NCBI GenBank assembly: GCA_002773855.1
Contig: PEZY01000012.1
Coordinates: 68,255 to 132,254, forward strand
DNA from: Candidatus Buchananbacteria bacterium CG10_big_fil_rev_8_21_14_0_10_33_19
Lineage (GTDB): Bacteria; Patescibacteriota; Patescibacteriia; 2-01-FULL-39-33
Length of the DNA: 64,000 bases
Direction of reading: 5' to 3'
The position numbers were made by a program, and so were the translations under genes. The notes under the pieces are model-generated. The model did no database searches and was not told the DNA's origin. It saw only the letters and a program-made list of their open reading frames with translations. Shown here piece by piece: positions 20,095 through 29,055 of this stretch. The stretch's first letter is position 1; the number at the start of each line of letters is the position of its first letter.

Positions 20095-20640
20095 ATGAAA
20101 TCAATATTATATCAAAAATATCAAACTGAATCAGTACCTGCTCTAAAGGAAAAGTTTGGTTATAAAAATATTAATGCCGTACCTAAAATTGAAAAGGTAA
20201 GTGTTAATATTGGTATAAACGCTAGAAATACTGAAAGTAACTATGTTGACAATGTTGAAAGTATTGTTACTAGAATTACCGGCCAAAAGCCAGTTAAAAC
20301 CAAAGCTAAGAAAGCGATTTCAGCTTTTAAAATTAGAGAAGGCATGGTGGTTGGTGTTAAGGCTACCTTAAGAGGCCAGATGATGTATGATTTTTTAGAT
20401 AAATTAGTGTTAGTAGCTGTGCCTAGAATCAGAGATTTTAGAGGTTTGGATATTAAGAATATTGATAATACAGGTAATTTAACCTTGGGTTTGAAAGAAT
20501 ATAATGTTTTTCCAGAAATCTTGCCTGATGAGGTTGAAAGAAATTACGGTTTGGAAATTTCTATAACCACTTCTGCTAAGAATTACGAAGAAGGTTTAGA
20601 ATTATTTAAAACATTGGGATTCCCATTTAAGAAACAATAG
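20095..20640 (+). CDS. rplE: 50S ribosomal protein L5
   Basis: Start at ATG 20095 ([10 protein letters not shown]...). The ORF-track start at 19987 would overlap rplX in the same region. Confidence 0.9.
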   Translation: MKSILYQKYQTESVPALKEKFGYKNINAVPKIEKVSVNIGINARNTESNYVDNVESIVTRITGQKPVKTKAKKAISAFKIREGMVVGVKATLRGQMMYDFLDKLVLVAVPRIRDFRGLDIKNIDNTGNLTLGLKEYNVFPEILPDEVERNYGLEISITTSAKNYEEGLELFKTLGFPFKKQ

Positions 20641-20650
20641 ATTTACAGAT

Positions 20651-20836
20651 ATGGCAACTAAAGCACAAATCGCAAGATCAAATAAAACACCAAAAGAGTC
20701 AACTCGATCAGTTAATCGTTGTTGGCGTTGTGGTAGAAGACATGGTTATATGAGAAAATTCAACTTATGTAGAATTTGCTTTAGAGAATTGGCTACCAAT
20801 GGTCAGATTCCGGGGATTACTAAATCATCTTGGTAA
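20651..20836 (+). CDS. rpsN: 30S ribosomal protein S14, Z-type (zinc-binding, 61 aa)
   Basis: [24 protein letters not shown]4 motif. Confidence 0.9.
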   Translation: MATKAQIARSNKTPKESTRSVNRCWRCGRRHGYMRKFNLCRICFRELATNGQIPGITKSSW

Positions 20837-20873
20837 TTAATTATAAGATAAAAATAATTTTTAATATTGAAAT

Positions 20874-21275
20874 ATGACAGATCCAATTGCTGACATGCTA
20901 ACTAGAATCAGAAATGCCTCTGCTGTGAAAAAAAAGCAGGTATATATTCCATTTTCCAAAATAAAATTGGAAATTCTTAAGATTTTAAAATCTGAAGGAT
21001 TTATTTCTGGTTTCGAAGAAATTAAGCCAGGATCAGCCGATTTAAAATTTGGTGGAATTAATGTTGATTTAAAGTATATTGACGGTAAGTCTGCTATTGA
21101 AAATATTCAAAAAGTTTCTAAACCAGGCAGAAGAATTTATGCTACTAGTGAAAATTTACCAAATGTTTTAAATAATATTGGTATCGCTATTGTATCAACA
21201 TCTGCTGGCGTGATGACCAACAAAAAAGCTAGAAAGCTAAAGTTGGGTGGAGAAATAATTTGCGAAATTTACTAA
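20874..21275 (+). CDS. rpsH: 30S ribosomal protein S8
   Basis: MTDPIADMLTRIRNA start. Confidence 0.95.
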   Translation: MTDPIADMLTRIRNASAVKKKQVYIPFSKIKLEILKILKSEGFISGFEEIKPGSADLKFGGINVDLKYIDGKSAIENIQKVSKPGRRIYATSENLPNVLNNIGIAIVSTSAGVMTNKKARKLKLGGEIICEIY

Positions 21276-21279
21276 TACT

Positions 21280-21822
21280 ATGAGCAGAATCGGAAAAAAA
21301 CAAATTGAAATCCCAAACGGCGTTGAAGTTAAAGTTGAAAACGGAGTTATTTCTGTTAAGGGTCCAAAAGGATTATTAAATCAAGAATTACATCCAGTAG
21401 TTTCTTTAGAAATTAACGGTAATGTTGCTAATGTAAAAGTTCAAGATGAAAATAATAAATCACAGAGATCACTTTGGGGATTATTTGCTAGCTTGGTTAT
21501 TAATATGATTACTGGCGTAACTGAAGGTTTTTCTAAGAAGTTAGAGATTAATGGTGTTGGTTTTAAAGCTAATGCTACCGGCAAGAAATTGATTTTGAAT
21601 GTTGGTTTTTCTCATCCAGTAGAATATGATGCTCCAGAAGGTATTGAAATAAAAACTGAAGGTAATGCAATTACTATCTCTGGTATTGATAAACAAGCTG
21701 TTGGTGAAGTAGCTGCCCAGATTAGAAAAATAAAAAAACCAGAACCTTATAAAGGTAAGGGTATTAAATATGCTGATGAGGTTATTAGAAAGAAAGCTGG
21801 AAAAGCGGCTGGTAAAGAATAA
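21280..21822 (+). CDS. rplF: 50S ribosomal protein L6
   Basis: MSRIGKKQIEIPNGVEVKV; two L6 repeats. Confidence 0.95.
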   Translation: MSRIGKKQIEIPNGVEVKVENGVISVKGPKGLLNQELHPVVSLEINGNVANVKVQDENNKSQRSLWGLFASLVINMITGVTEGFSKKLEINGVGFKANATGKKLILNVGFSHPVEYDAPEGIEIKTEGNAITISGIDKQAVGEVAAQIRKIKKPEPYKGKGIKYADEVIRKKAGKAAGKE

Positions 21823-21846
21823 ATTAATTGAAGTTTAAGTATAAAT

Positions 21847-22203
21847 ATGAAAAAGTCACAGAAAATAAAAAATGAGGCTAGAGCAAGAAGACAAAGAAGA
21901 GTCCGGGCTAAAGTGTCTGGTACTGCTACTTGTCCAAGGCTTTCAATTTATCGAAGTTTAAACCATGTTTACGCTCAGCTTATTGATGATCAAAACGGCA
22001 AAACTATTGTTAGTGCTAGAGATTCAGAAGTTAAAGATGTCAAAACTAAGATGGAAAAGGCTACTGCTGTAGGTAAATTAATTGCTGAAAAGGCAGCTAC
22101 TAAGAAAATTGAAAAAGCTGTTTTTGATAGAGGCATGTTTAAGTATCATGGCCGCGTAAAGGCTGTGGCTGACGGTGCTAGAGAAGCCGGATTAACAATA
22201 TAA
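21847..22203 (+). CDS. rplR: 50S ribosomal protein L18
   Basis: [18 protein letters not shown]...[14 protein letters not shown]. Confidence 0.9.
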   Translation: MKKSQKIKNEARARRQRRVRAKVSGTATCPRLSIYRSLNHVYAQLIDDQNGKTIVSARDSEVKDVKTKMEKATAVGKLIAEKAATKKIEKAVFDRGMFKYHGRVKAVADGAREAGLTI

Positions 22204-22297
22204 ATAATTTAAGTAAGTAGGGAGTAGTAAGTAGTAAGTGTGGATTATAAAAATAATTCTACAATCTACCACCTACTGCCTACCACCTAATAATAAT
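22204..22297 (+). repeat. Bipartite intergenic element, instance d
   Basis: taaataatttaagtaagtagggagtagtaagtagtaagtgtgg attataaaaataatt ctacaatctaccacctactgcctaccacctaataataatATG. Confidence 0.5.
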
Positions 22298-22888
22298 ATG
22301 GCAGAAAAAGATACCAACAAAAAAAGAATAAGACCAAAGAAAGAGCAACCTGAATTTGATCAGCAGATTGTTGATTTAGCTCGTGTTACTAGAGTTATGG
22401 CCGGCGGAAAAAGAATGCGTTTTAGAGCTTGTGTTGTAATTGGTGATAAAAAGGGCAGAGTTGGTGTTGGTCTAGCCAAAGGTAAAGATGTGTCACTAGC
22501 TGTATCAAAAGCTGTTGCTAAAGCTGAAAAGAATTTAGTTAAAGTTAATATTGTTGACGGCACTATTCCCCACGAAATTTACATTAAATTGGGTGCGGCC
22601 AAGATATTACTTAAGCCAGCGCCAGAAGGTACTGGTATTATTTCTGGTGGTGCAGTTCGAATTGTTTTAGAATTGGCTGGCATCAAGAACGTAGTTTCTA
22701 AGATTATGGGTACTAATAACAAGGTTAATAATGTTGATGCTACTATTAAAGCTTTGACTATGCTAAGAAAAGTTGATAGAAAGGCTAAAAAAGATAATGC
22801 TAAGGAAGTTATCAAACCAGAAGTTGTAAAAGCTGAAGAAACTAAAGCAGATAAAAAAGATATTAGTCAAAAAGAAAATAAAAAATAA
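22298..22888 (+). CDS. rpsE: 30S ribosomal protein S5 with Lys/Glu-rich C-terminal extension
   Basis: Start at ATG 22298 (MAEKDTNKK...). RVTRVMAGGKRMRFRACVVIGDKKGRVGVGLAKGKDV core. The upstream part of ORF-track ORF 22238 is the intergenic element. Confidence 0.9.
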   Translation: MAEKDTNKKRIRPKKEQPEFDQQIVDLARVTRVMAGGKRMRFRACVVIGDKKGRVGVGLAKGKDVSLAVSKAVAKAEKNLVKVNIVDGTIPHEIYIKLGAAKILLKPAPEGTGIISGGAVRIVLELAGIKNVVSKIMGTNNKVNNVDATIKALTMLRKVDRKAKKDNAKEVIKPEVVKAEETKADKKDISQKENKK

Positions 22889-22958
22889 TTAGTTAGATAG
22901 TAGTGAGTAGGAATTTAAAAAAAATTCTACAACCTACAACCTACAACCTAATAATAAT
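22889..22958 (+). repeat. Bipartite intergenic element, instance e (in the position where L30 is normally encoded)
   Basis: taattagttagatagtagtgagtagg aatttaaaaaaaatt ctacaacctacaacctacaacctaataataatATG. Confidence 0.5.
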
Positions 22959-23402
22959 ATGAATTTAACTTTATCAAATTTAAAACCAGCTAAAGGTTCT
23001 ACTAAAAGAAGAAAGAGAGTTGGTCGTGGTGGTAAACGTGGTACCTACTCAGGTAAGGGTTTGAAAGGCCAAAAAGCTCGAAGCGGTGTTTCTGGTTTAA
23101 AAGCCTTGGGTTTCAAGCAAACTTTACAGAGAACTCCAAAATTGCGTGGCTTTAAAAGCTTGAAAGCTAAAATGGCCATTGTTAATTTATCTGATTTAGA
23201 TAAGCTATTTAAAGATGGCGATAAAATTGCCCCAAAAGATCTAATTAAAGCCGGTTTAATTGAATCAGCTAAGAGTGGTGTAAAAGTTTTAGGCTTTGGT
23301 CAATTATCTAAAAAACTAGAGGTGACTGTTAATGCTTTCTCAAACTCAGCCAAAGAAGCCATCGAAAAAGCTGGTGGTAAAGCAGAAATTATTGTAAAAT
23401 AG
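22959..23402 (+). CDS. rplO: 50S ribosomal protein L15
   Basis: MNLTLSNLKPAKGSTKRRKRVGRGGKRGTYSGKG. Confidence 0.95.
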   Translation: MNLTLSNLKPAKGSTKRRKRVGRGGKRGTYSGKGLKGQKARSGVSGLKALGFKQTLQRTPKLRGFKSLKAKMAIVNLSDLDKLFKDGDKIAPKDLIKAGLIESAKSGVKVLGFGQLSKKLEVTVNAFSNSAKEAIEKAGGKAEIIVK

Positions 23403-23480
23403 ATTTTGCTCTCAGATTTAAAAAATAAATTTGATTTAAGTTTTAAATCTGCCTTATCTATAAACTAAACTATCTAAAAT

Positions 23481-24755
23481 ATGTGGAAAAAAATCATCCA
23501 AATTTGGAAGATTCGTGACCTGAGAAACAGCATTCTGTTTGTTATGGGAATGTTAATTATTTTTAGAATAGCTGCTCATATTCCTATTCCTGGAGTTGAT
23601 AGTGTGGCTCTTAAAAGTCTTTTTGATAGCAATCAATTGCTTGGATTAATGAATGTATTTTCCGGTGGTAGTATGGAAAATTTTTCTATAGTATTATTGG
23701 GCATTGCTCCATATATTACTGCCTCTATTATTTTTCAGTTACTGACTATGGTAGTGCCTAAGTTAGAAGAACTTTCTAAAGAGGGTGAATATGGTCGACA
23801 AAAAATTAATCAGTGGACTAGATGGCTAACAGTGCCACTAGCTTTTTTTCAATCATTTGCGACCATTAGTTTACTGCGACAATCAGCGGTTAACGTTTTG
23901 CCAAATTATAGTTCTTGGGAAGTATTTACCGCTATGATAACAATTACTGCTGGTACTGTGTTTTTGATGTGGATTGGTGAACTTATATCTGAAAAGCATA
24001 TTGGTAATGGTATTTCACTATTGATTTTTGCTGGTATCGTATCTGGTTTACCAGGTAGCGTTGGCAGTACTTTGTACACTTATGATCAGGCTCAAATTAT
24101 TAATATGGTTATTTTTGCTTTGATTTCTCTAGTGACTATTGTTGGGGTGGTTATTATTACTGAAGGTCAAAGAAATATTCCAGTTTCTTATGCTCGAAAA
24201 GTAAGAGGTAATAAAGTATATGGTGGAGTGGATACTCATTTGCCACTTCGAGTAAATCAAGCTGGGGTGATTCCAATTATTTTTGCAATTGCGATAATTA
24301 TGTTCCCGCCACTGATCGCTCAATTATTTATTCGAGTGAAAACAGTTTGGATTGCCAATGCCGCTGAATGGGTAATTCAAATTTTCCAAAATCAATTGTT
24401 CTACGGCATCTCTTATTTTGTGATGGTTGTAGCCTTTACTTATTTTTATACCGCGGTTATTTTCCACCCAGATCAAATTGCCGAAAATTTACAAAAACAA
24501 GGTGGCTTTGTACCGGGTATTAGACCAGGTAAAAATACGGCGGCTTATTTACAAAAAATCGTGACGCGTATTGTGTTTACTGGCGCTTTATTTTTAGGTA
24601 TTATTGCAGTTTTACCATTGATTACAGCGCAGATTACTAATACTCAATCATTAGTCGTGGGTGGTACTAGTCTACTGATTGTAGTATCTGTAGTGATTGA
24701 AATGTTTGGTCAAATTAATTCTCAGTTATCAATGAGAGATTACGAAGAAATATAA
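23481..24755 (+). CDS. secY: Preprotein translocase subunit SecY
   Basis: 10-TM SecY sequence (RIAAHIPIPGVD..., GQRNIPVSYARK). Confidence 0.95.
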   Translation: MWKKIIQIWKIRDLRNSILFVMGMLIIFRIAAHIPIPGVDSVALKSLFDSNQLLGLMNVFSGGSMENFSIVLLGIAPYITASIIFQLLTMVVPKLEELSKEGEYGRQKINQWTRWLTVPLAFFQSFATISLLRQSAVNVLPNYSSWEVFTAMITITAGTVFLMWIGELISEKHIGNGISLLIFAGIVSGLPGSVGSTLYTYDQAQIINMVIFALISLVTIVGVVIITEGQRNIPVSYARKVRGNKVYGGVDTHLPLRVNQAGVIPIIFAIAIIMFPPLIAQLFIRVKTVWIANAAEWVIQIFQNQLFYGISYFVMVVAFTYFYTAVIFHPDQIAENLQKQGGFVPGIRPGKNTAAYLQKIVTRIVFTGALFLGIIAVLPLITAQITNTQSLVVGGTSLLIVVSVVIEMFGQINSQLSMRDYEEI

Positions 24756-24788
24756 AATTAAGATAAGAGCATTATAACTATTTTAAAA

Positions 24789-24810
24789 ACACGGTTCTTC
24801 CGTGTTTTTA
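24789..24810 (+). terminator. Rho-independent terminator after secY
   Basis: acacgg-ttctt-ccgtgt hairpin followed by TTTT; followed by an extended -10-like tgGTATAAT. Confidence 0.55.
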
Positions 24811-24858
24811 ATTTTTGTGGTATAATAAAGTTATCAATTACTAATCATAAAATAATTT

Positions 24859-25863
24859 ATGAAGAAAAAATTATTTATTTACTCTCTAGTATCTTTTGGA
24901 GCAATTATTGCTTCTTTAGCGCTAATTTCTCAATCTGCTTTAGCTGTTTATACTCCAGCCGAAGGAGATTTAGTTAAACTATCAAATGATTCCGCTATCT
25001 ATTATGTAAACGGTAGTGGTCAAAGAAGGCTTTTTGTTAATGCTCCAACATTTTGGTCTTGGCATAGCGGTACATGGAGTGATCAAAACATTAAAACAAT
25101 CACTCAACCTGATTTTGACGGGTTATCTGCAGGGGAAAACATGGCGATTAGGCCCGGAACAAATTTAATCAAATTCCAAAACAGCGATATTATGTACGCT
25201 GTTACTCCAGGTAATAAATTATGTAAGGCCACGGCTAATTATGGTGATAATTGGCGTGATAGATTAGTTACCATACAAAATAGTTTTGAAAGTAACTATC
25301 TCAATGATGATACTTGTAGAGTAGATGTTGATACTAAATTACCAAATGCTACTATTCTTCAATATAACGGTTCTAACCAAAAGTATTATATTGAAGATGG
25401 CGTTAAAAGACTTTTAACTGATAATGGCTTTAATCTTAATAAATTTCAAGATAAATTTGTGGTTAAAAATGTCCCTCAGTCGATGACCTTCAACAGTGAT
25501 GTCTCACGACCATTAGATGATAAAGAATTTTGGATTAATGATAATATTTTAGATTTAGAAGTAGGCGATTTTTTTTACCAATCATCTGATTCATTTAATA
25601 CCCAAGCTAATTTTATTGTGGAAATAACTCAGGAAAATGATCTAAGTCAAAACATTGGGATTGATTTATACATTGATGGTAGTTTAGTAAAGAGTATTGA
25701 TAGATTAGCTCATAAAGCAGAGCAATATTCGATTATCTGGGATAACCCAACTATTGGTGAACATGTTTGTAAGGTTGTAATCGATAGTAAAGATCAAGTA
25801 GATGAATCTAACGAAAATAATAATACTAAACAGTCTAATTGCATTGTTACCAAAGGGCAATAA
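24859..25863 (+). CDS. Secreted protein, paralog A (shared about 200-aa N-terminal domain, then C-terminal CARDB-like domain)
   Basis: Signal peptide. N-terminal domain about 75 percent identical by eye to the next gene. C-terminus ends ...VCKVVIDSKDQVDESNENNN, like CARDB domains. Confidence 0.55.
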   Translation: MKKKLFIYSLVSFGAIIASLALISQSALAVYTPAEGDLVKLSNDSAIYYVNGSGQRRLFVNAPTFWSWHSGTWSDQNIKTITQPDFDGLSAGENMAIRPGTNLIKFQNSDIMYAVTPGNKLCKATANYGDNWRDRLVTIQNSFESNYLNDDTCRVDVDTKLPNATILQYNGSNQKYYIEDGVKRLLTDNGFNLNKFQDKFVVKNVPQSMTFNSDVSRPLDDKEFWINDNILDLEVGDFFYQSSDSFNTQANFIVEITQENDLSQNIGIDLYIDGSLVKSIDRLAHKAEQYSIIWDNPTIGEHVCKVVIDSKDQVDESNENNNTKQSNCIVTKGQ

Positions 25864-25885
25864 TAAAGATATAAGACTATAATTT

Positions 25886-27136
25886 ATGAAAAAAATATTG
25901 GTCATTGTTATATTATCAATCATTACTTCTTTAGTGCTAATTTCTCAATCTGCTTTAGCTGTTTATGCACCAACTGAAGGTGATTTAGTTAAATTGTCAT
26001 ATGATTCAGCTATTTATTATGTAAATAGTGCTGGCGAAAGACGCTTGTTTGTGAATGCCCCAACTTTTTGGTCTTGGTATAGTGGTTCTTGGAGTGACCA
26101 AAACATTAAAACCATTACCCAGTCCGAATTTGATGGATTGACTGTTGGTAAAAATATGGCAGTGCGACCAGGTACTAATTTGATTAAATTCCAAAATAGT
26201 AATAATTTATACGTCGTAATACCTGGTAATAAATTATGTAAAGCCACTACTGGTTATGGGGATAATTGGCGTGATAGACTAGTGACTATTCAAAATAGTT
26301 TTGAAAATAATTATACTGTTGATATTAATTGTCATGTTGACGCTGGTGATAAGCTACCAGATGGTACGGTTTTTAGAATTAGTAGTCCCGGACAGTTATT
26401 TTATGTGGAAAATGGTAAGGCTAGAATAATTCAAGACACAATTGGTGATGATGCTTTTATTAAAAATCGTTTTCAACATAAGTTTGTAGTCAAAAATGTG
26501 CCACAGTCAATGTTTGAGATAGATATTCAAAATACGGTAGCAAATAAAGAATTTTGGATTGATGATATTGACAATAATTCAGATATTTTTTCTGAAGCCT
26601 ATGGTAGTTTTAGTCTTTATTTACAGTGTTTAAAAAATTATGATAAAACTTGTTTGAGAGATTTGGCAGCTAAAGCGTCACTAGACGAATTTAATACTGA
26701 GTTAGATTCAGTAAATTTTCAACAATTAGCTGATTTTGAATATAGTGTTTTAAATGTTTATGAAAAATCAATGTTCGTTAATAATTGGTTTGATAATCAT
26801 CAATTAATAATGAATGCCGATGTTCAGAAAGACATTGCAGATGATCAGGTTACGTATAAAATGAGAAGTTTAAAATTCATAAAAGAAGATAATAAATGGA
26901 AATTAATTGGAGCTAGTGATATCATTATTGGCTGGTTTACTGATATAGAAGCTCAAGATAGAATTCGTGATACTGATAAAGACGGTTTGACTGATTTTAA
27001 TGAAAGATGTGAATCAGGATTTTCAAATTGTATAAAAACAGATCCACTGGATAGAGATAGTGATGATGATGGTTGGTGGGACGGTATTGAAAAATCTGTT
27101 CAAACTGATCCTAATAATGCTAATAGTAAACCGTAA
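25886..27136 (+). CDS. Secreted protein, paralog B (shared N-terminal domain, then C-terminal thrombospondin type-3-like Ca-binding repeats)
   Basis: Signal peptide; shared domain (FVNAPTFWSW...GNKLCKAT...DNWRDRLVTIQNSFE...FVVKNVPQSM); C-terminal DTDKDGLTDFNE...DPLDRDSDDDGWWDGIE repeats. Confidence 0.55.
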   Translation: MKKILVIVILSIITSLVLISQSALAVYAPTEGDLVKLSYDSAIYYVNSAGERRLFVNAPTFWSWYSGSWSDQNIKTITQSEFDGLTVGKNMAVRPGTNLIKFQNSNNLYVVIPGNKLCKATTGYGDNWRDRLVTIQNSFENNYTVDINCHVDAGDKLPDGTVFRISSPGQLFYVENGKARIIQDTIGDDAFIKNRFQHKFVVKNVPQSMFEIDIQNTVANKEFWIDDIDNNSDIFSEAYGSFSLYLQCLKNYDKTCLRDLAAKASLDEFNTELDSVNFQQLADFEYSVLNVYEKSMFVNNWFDNHQLIMNADVQKDIADDQVTYKMRSLKFIKEDNKWKLIGASDIIIGWFTDIEAQDRIRDTDKDGLTDFNERCESGFSNCIKTDPLDRDSDDDGWWDGIEKSVQTDPNNANSKP

Positions 27137-27150
27137 CAATCTATTCATAA

Positions 27151-27176
27151 AGCTCCAAAATTTGGGGCTTTTTTTA
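27151..27176 (+). terminator. Rho-independent terminator after paralog B
   Basis: agctcc-aaaattt-ggggct followed by TTTTTTT. Confidence 0.5.
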
Positions 27177-27216
27177 TTCTGCAAAATAGGTTAAAATTAA
27201 GCTAAAGCTAGTTATT

Positions 27217-27882
27217 ATGATGAAAAAAAATAGCAAACCATTTGAAATTATTCTGTTTGGCCCACCAGTTTCTGGTAAGGGTACTCAGGCCAAGCTGTTG
27301 GCCACAGTTTTAAATATCCCGCATATTTCGGCTGGTCATTTGTTGCGTTTAGCTGAAGAGGATAAATCAAATCCTTATCACAAACAAATTTCTGACTTAA
27401 TTGATAATGGTCAATTAGTGCCTAGTGAGATTGTTAATCAAATGGTGAAAAAGCGTCTAGCTAAGACCGATTGTGTCAAAGGTTATGTTCTAGATGGCTA
27501 TCCTCGAACATTTGATCAAGTGGCGGTTTTGGAACAGATTGCTGGCATAGATTATGTGTTTTTAATTGATGTTAGTGATAAAATAGTGAAAGCTAGAATT
27601 ACTGGTCGGCGTATTTGTCAGAATAATCATCAGTGGAATTTACAAAGCTCACCACCACGGGTTAGAGGTATTTGTGATATCTGTGGTGGAAAAATTAGCA
27701 TTAGAAAAGATGATAGTTTGGACAAAATAAAAAAGCGATTAAAAATTTATCATGAACATGTTAATCCAATTATCAAATATTATAAAAAGCAAAAAAAGCT
27801 TATTACCATAAATGGTGATCAACATATTGAGGATGTGTTTCAAGATATCGTTAAATATATAATTGGCGAAATTAGAAAATAA
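27217..27882 (+). CDS. adk: Adenylate kinase with zinc-containing lid
   Basis: GPPVSGKGTQA P-loop; lid with CQNNH...CDICGG. Confidence 0.9.
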   Translation: MMKKNSKPFEIILFGPPVSGKGTQAKLLATVLNIPHISAGHLLRLAEEDKSNPYHKQISDLIDNGQLVPSEIVNQMVKKRLAKTDCVKGYVLDGYPRTFDQVAVLEQIAGIDYVFLIDVSDKIVKARITGRRICQNNHQWNLQSSPPRVRGICDICGGKISIRKDDSLDKIKKRLKIYHEHVNPIIKYYKKQKKLITINGDQHIEDVFQDIVKYIIGEIRK

Positions 27883-27890
27883 TAATTATT

Positions 27891-28658
27891 ATGATTAGAT
27901 TAAAAACTAAAGAAGATATCGAAAAATTAAAACGTGGCGGTAAGATTTTATCAGCAGTTTTAGATGAAGTTGAAAAGGTGATTAAACCTGGTATTACCAC
28001 TCAATCACTAACAGATTTAGCTGAAAAAATTATTATAGAGGCTGGTGGCCGACCAAGTTTTAAGGGTTACAAAGCGGCTTGGGCCGATGGTGTTTATCCG
28101 GCAGCTTTGTGTGTGTCCATAAATGAAGAAGTGGTTCATGGCATACCAGCGCCTAATCGAGTGATTAAAGAAGGTGATATTGTGGGTATTGATTGTGGTT
28201 TAGAATATGAAGGCAGATATACTGATATGGCTCGAACTATTATAGTGGGCAAAGTGAAACCCGGTCTAAAAAAATTAGTTTCAGTGACCCAAGAGTCTTT
28301 AATGAAGGGCATAAAACAAGTTAAGCCAGGTAACAAGATTTCCGATATTTCACGGGCGATTGAAGAGCATGTTAAAAAACATGAGTTTTCAGTAGTCAGA
28401 CAATTGGTAGGTCATGGTGTGGGTTTTAGTGCTCATGAAGATCCACAAATTCCTAATTTTGTTGATAGAAGTTTACCAGATGTAGTTTTAAAAGCTGGTA
28501 TGGTTATAGCGATTGAACCAATGGTTAATGTCGGTGGCGCTGAAGTGGATAGTCTAGAAGATGGTTGGACAATTGTCACCCATGATAGTAGTATTTCAGC
28601 TCATTTTGAGCATACCGTAGCGGTAACCGAAGATGGTTATGAGATAATTACCAAATAA
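27891..28658 (+). CDS. map: Type I methionine aminopeptidase
   Basis: Canonical MetAP-I motifs (DIVGIDCG, GHGVG, metal ligands). Confidence 0.9.
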   Translation: MIRLKTKEDIEKLKRGGKILSAVLDEVEKVIKPGITTQSLTDLAEKIIIEAGGRPSFKGYKAAWADGVYPAALCVSINEEVVHGIPAPNRVIKEGDIVGIDCGLEYEGRYTDMARTIIVGKVKPGLKKLVSVTQESLMKGIKQVKPGNKISDISRAIEEHVKKHEFSVVRQLVGHGVGFSAHEDPQIPNFVDRSLPDVVLKAGMVIAIEPMVNVGGAEVDSLEDGWTIVTHDSSISAHFEHTVAVTEDGYEIITK

Positions 28659-28662
28659 ATTT

Positions 28663-29055
28663 ATGAAATTATTAGGCTTGGATTATGGTGAATCTAAAAT
28701 TGGCTTAGCTATTGGTGACATTGAAAGTGGTGTCGCTACTCCTTTTGGGGTGATTAAAAATTTAGGCACTAATAATGCTATAGATGAAATAAAAAAACTT
28801 TGTGATCACGAGCGAATAGAAAAAATTGTTATTGGTGTGCCAGTTAATCCTAATACTTTGGACTCCGAACCAATCAGAAGAGTAGAAGGTTTTATAGCGA
28901 AGTTAAAAGATAAAACTGGCTTAGAAATTATCGGTCGGGATGAAAGATTTTCGACTCAGGAGGCTCAAAAATTAATTAGCAAGAATAAGTCTAAAGATGA
29001 TGATATATCAGCTATGCTTATTTTACAAAATTATTTTGATTCTGCTAGTAAATAA
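28663..29055 (+). CDS. ruvX: Holliday-junction resolvase-like YqgF/RuvX
   Basis: MKLLGLDYGESKIGLAIGD N-terminus. Confidence 0.8.
   Translation: MKLLGLDYGESKIGLAIGDIESGVATPFGVIKNLGTNNAIDEIKKLCDHERIEKIVIGVPVNPNTLDSEPIRRVEGFIAKLKDKTGLEIIGRDERFSTQEAQKLISKNKSKDDDISAMLILQNYFDSASK

Noticed and set aside
24859-27136. Interpreting the two secreted paralogs as a single frameshifted gene
   Set aside because: Each has its own signal peptide and a complete copy of the shared domain, and the two are separated by a 22-nt spacer containing a stop. They are a true tandem duplication.
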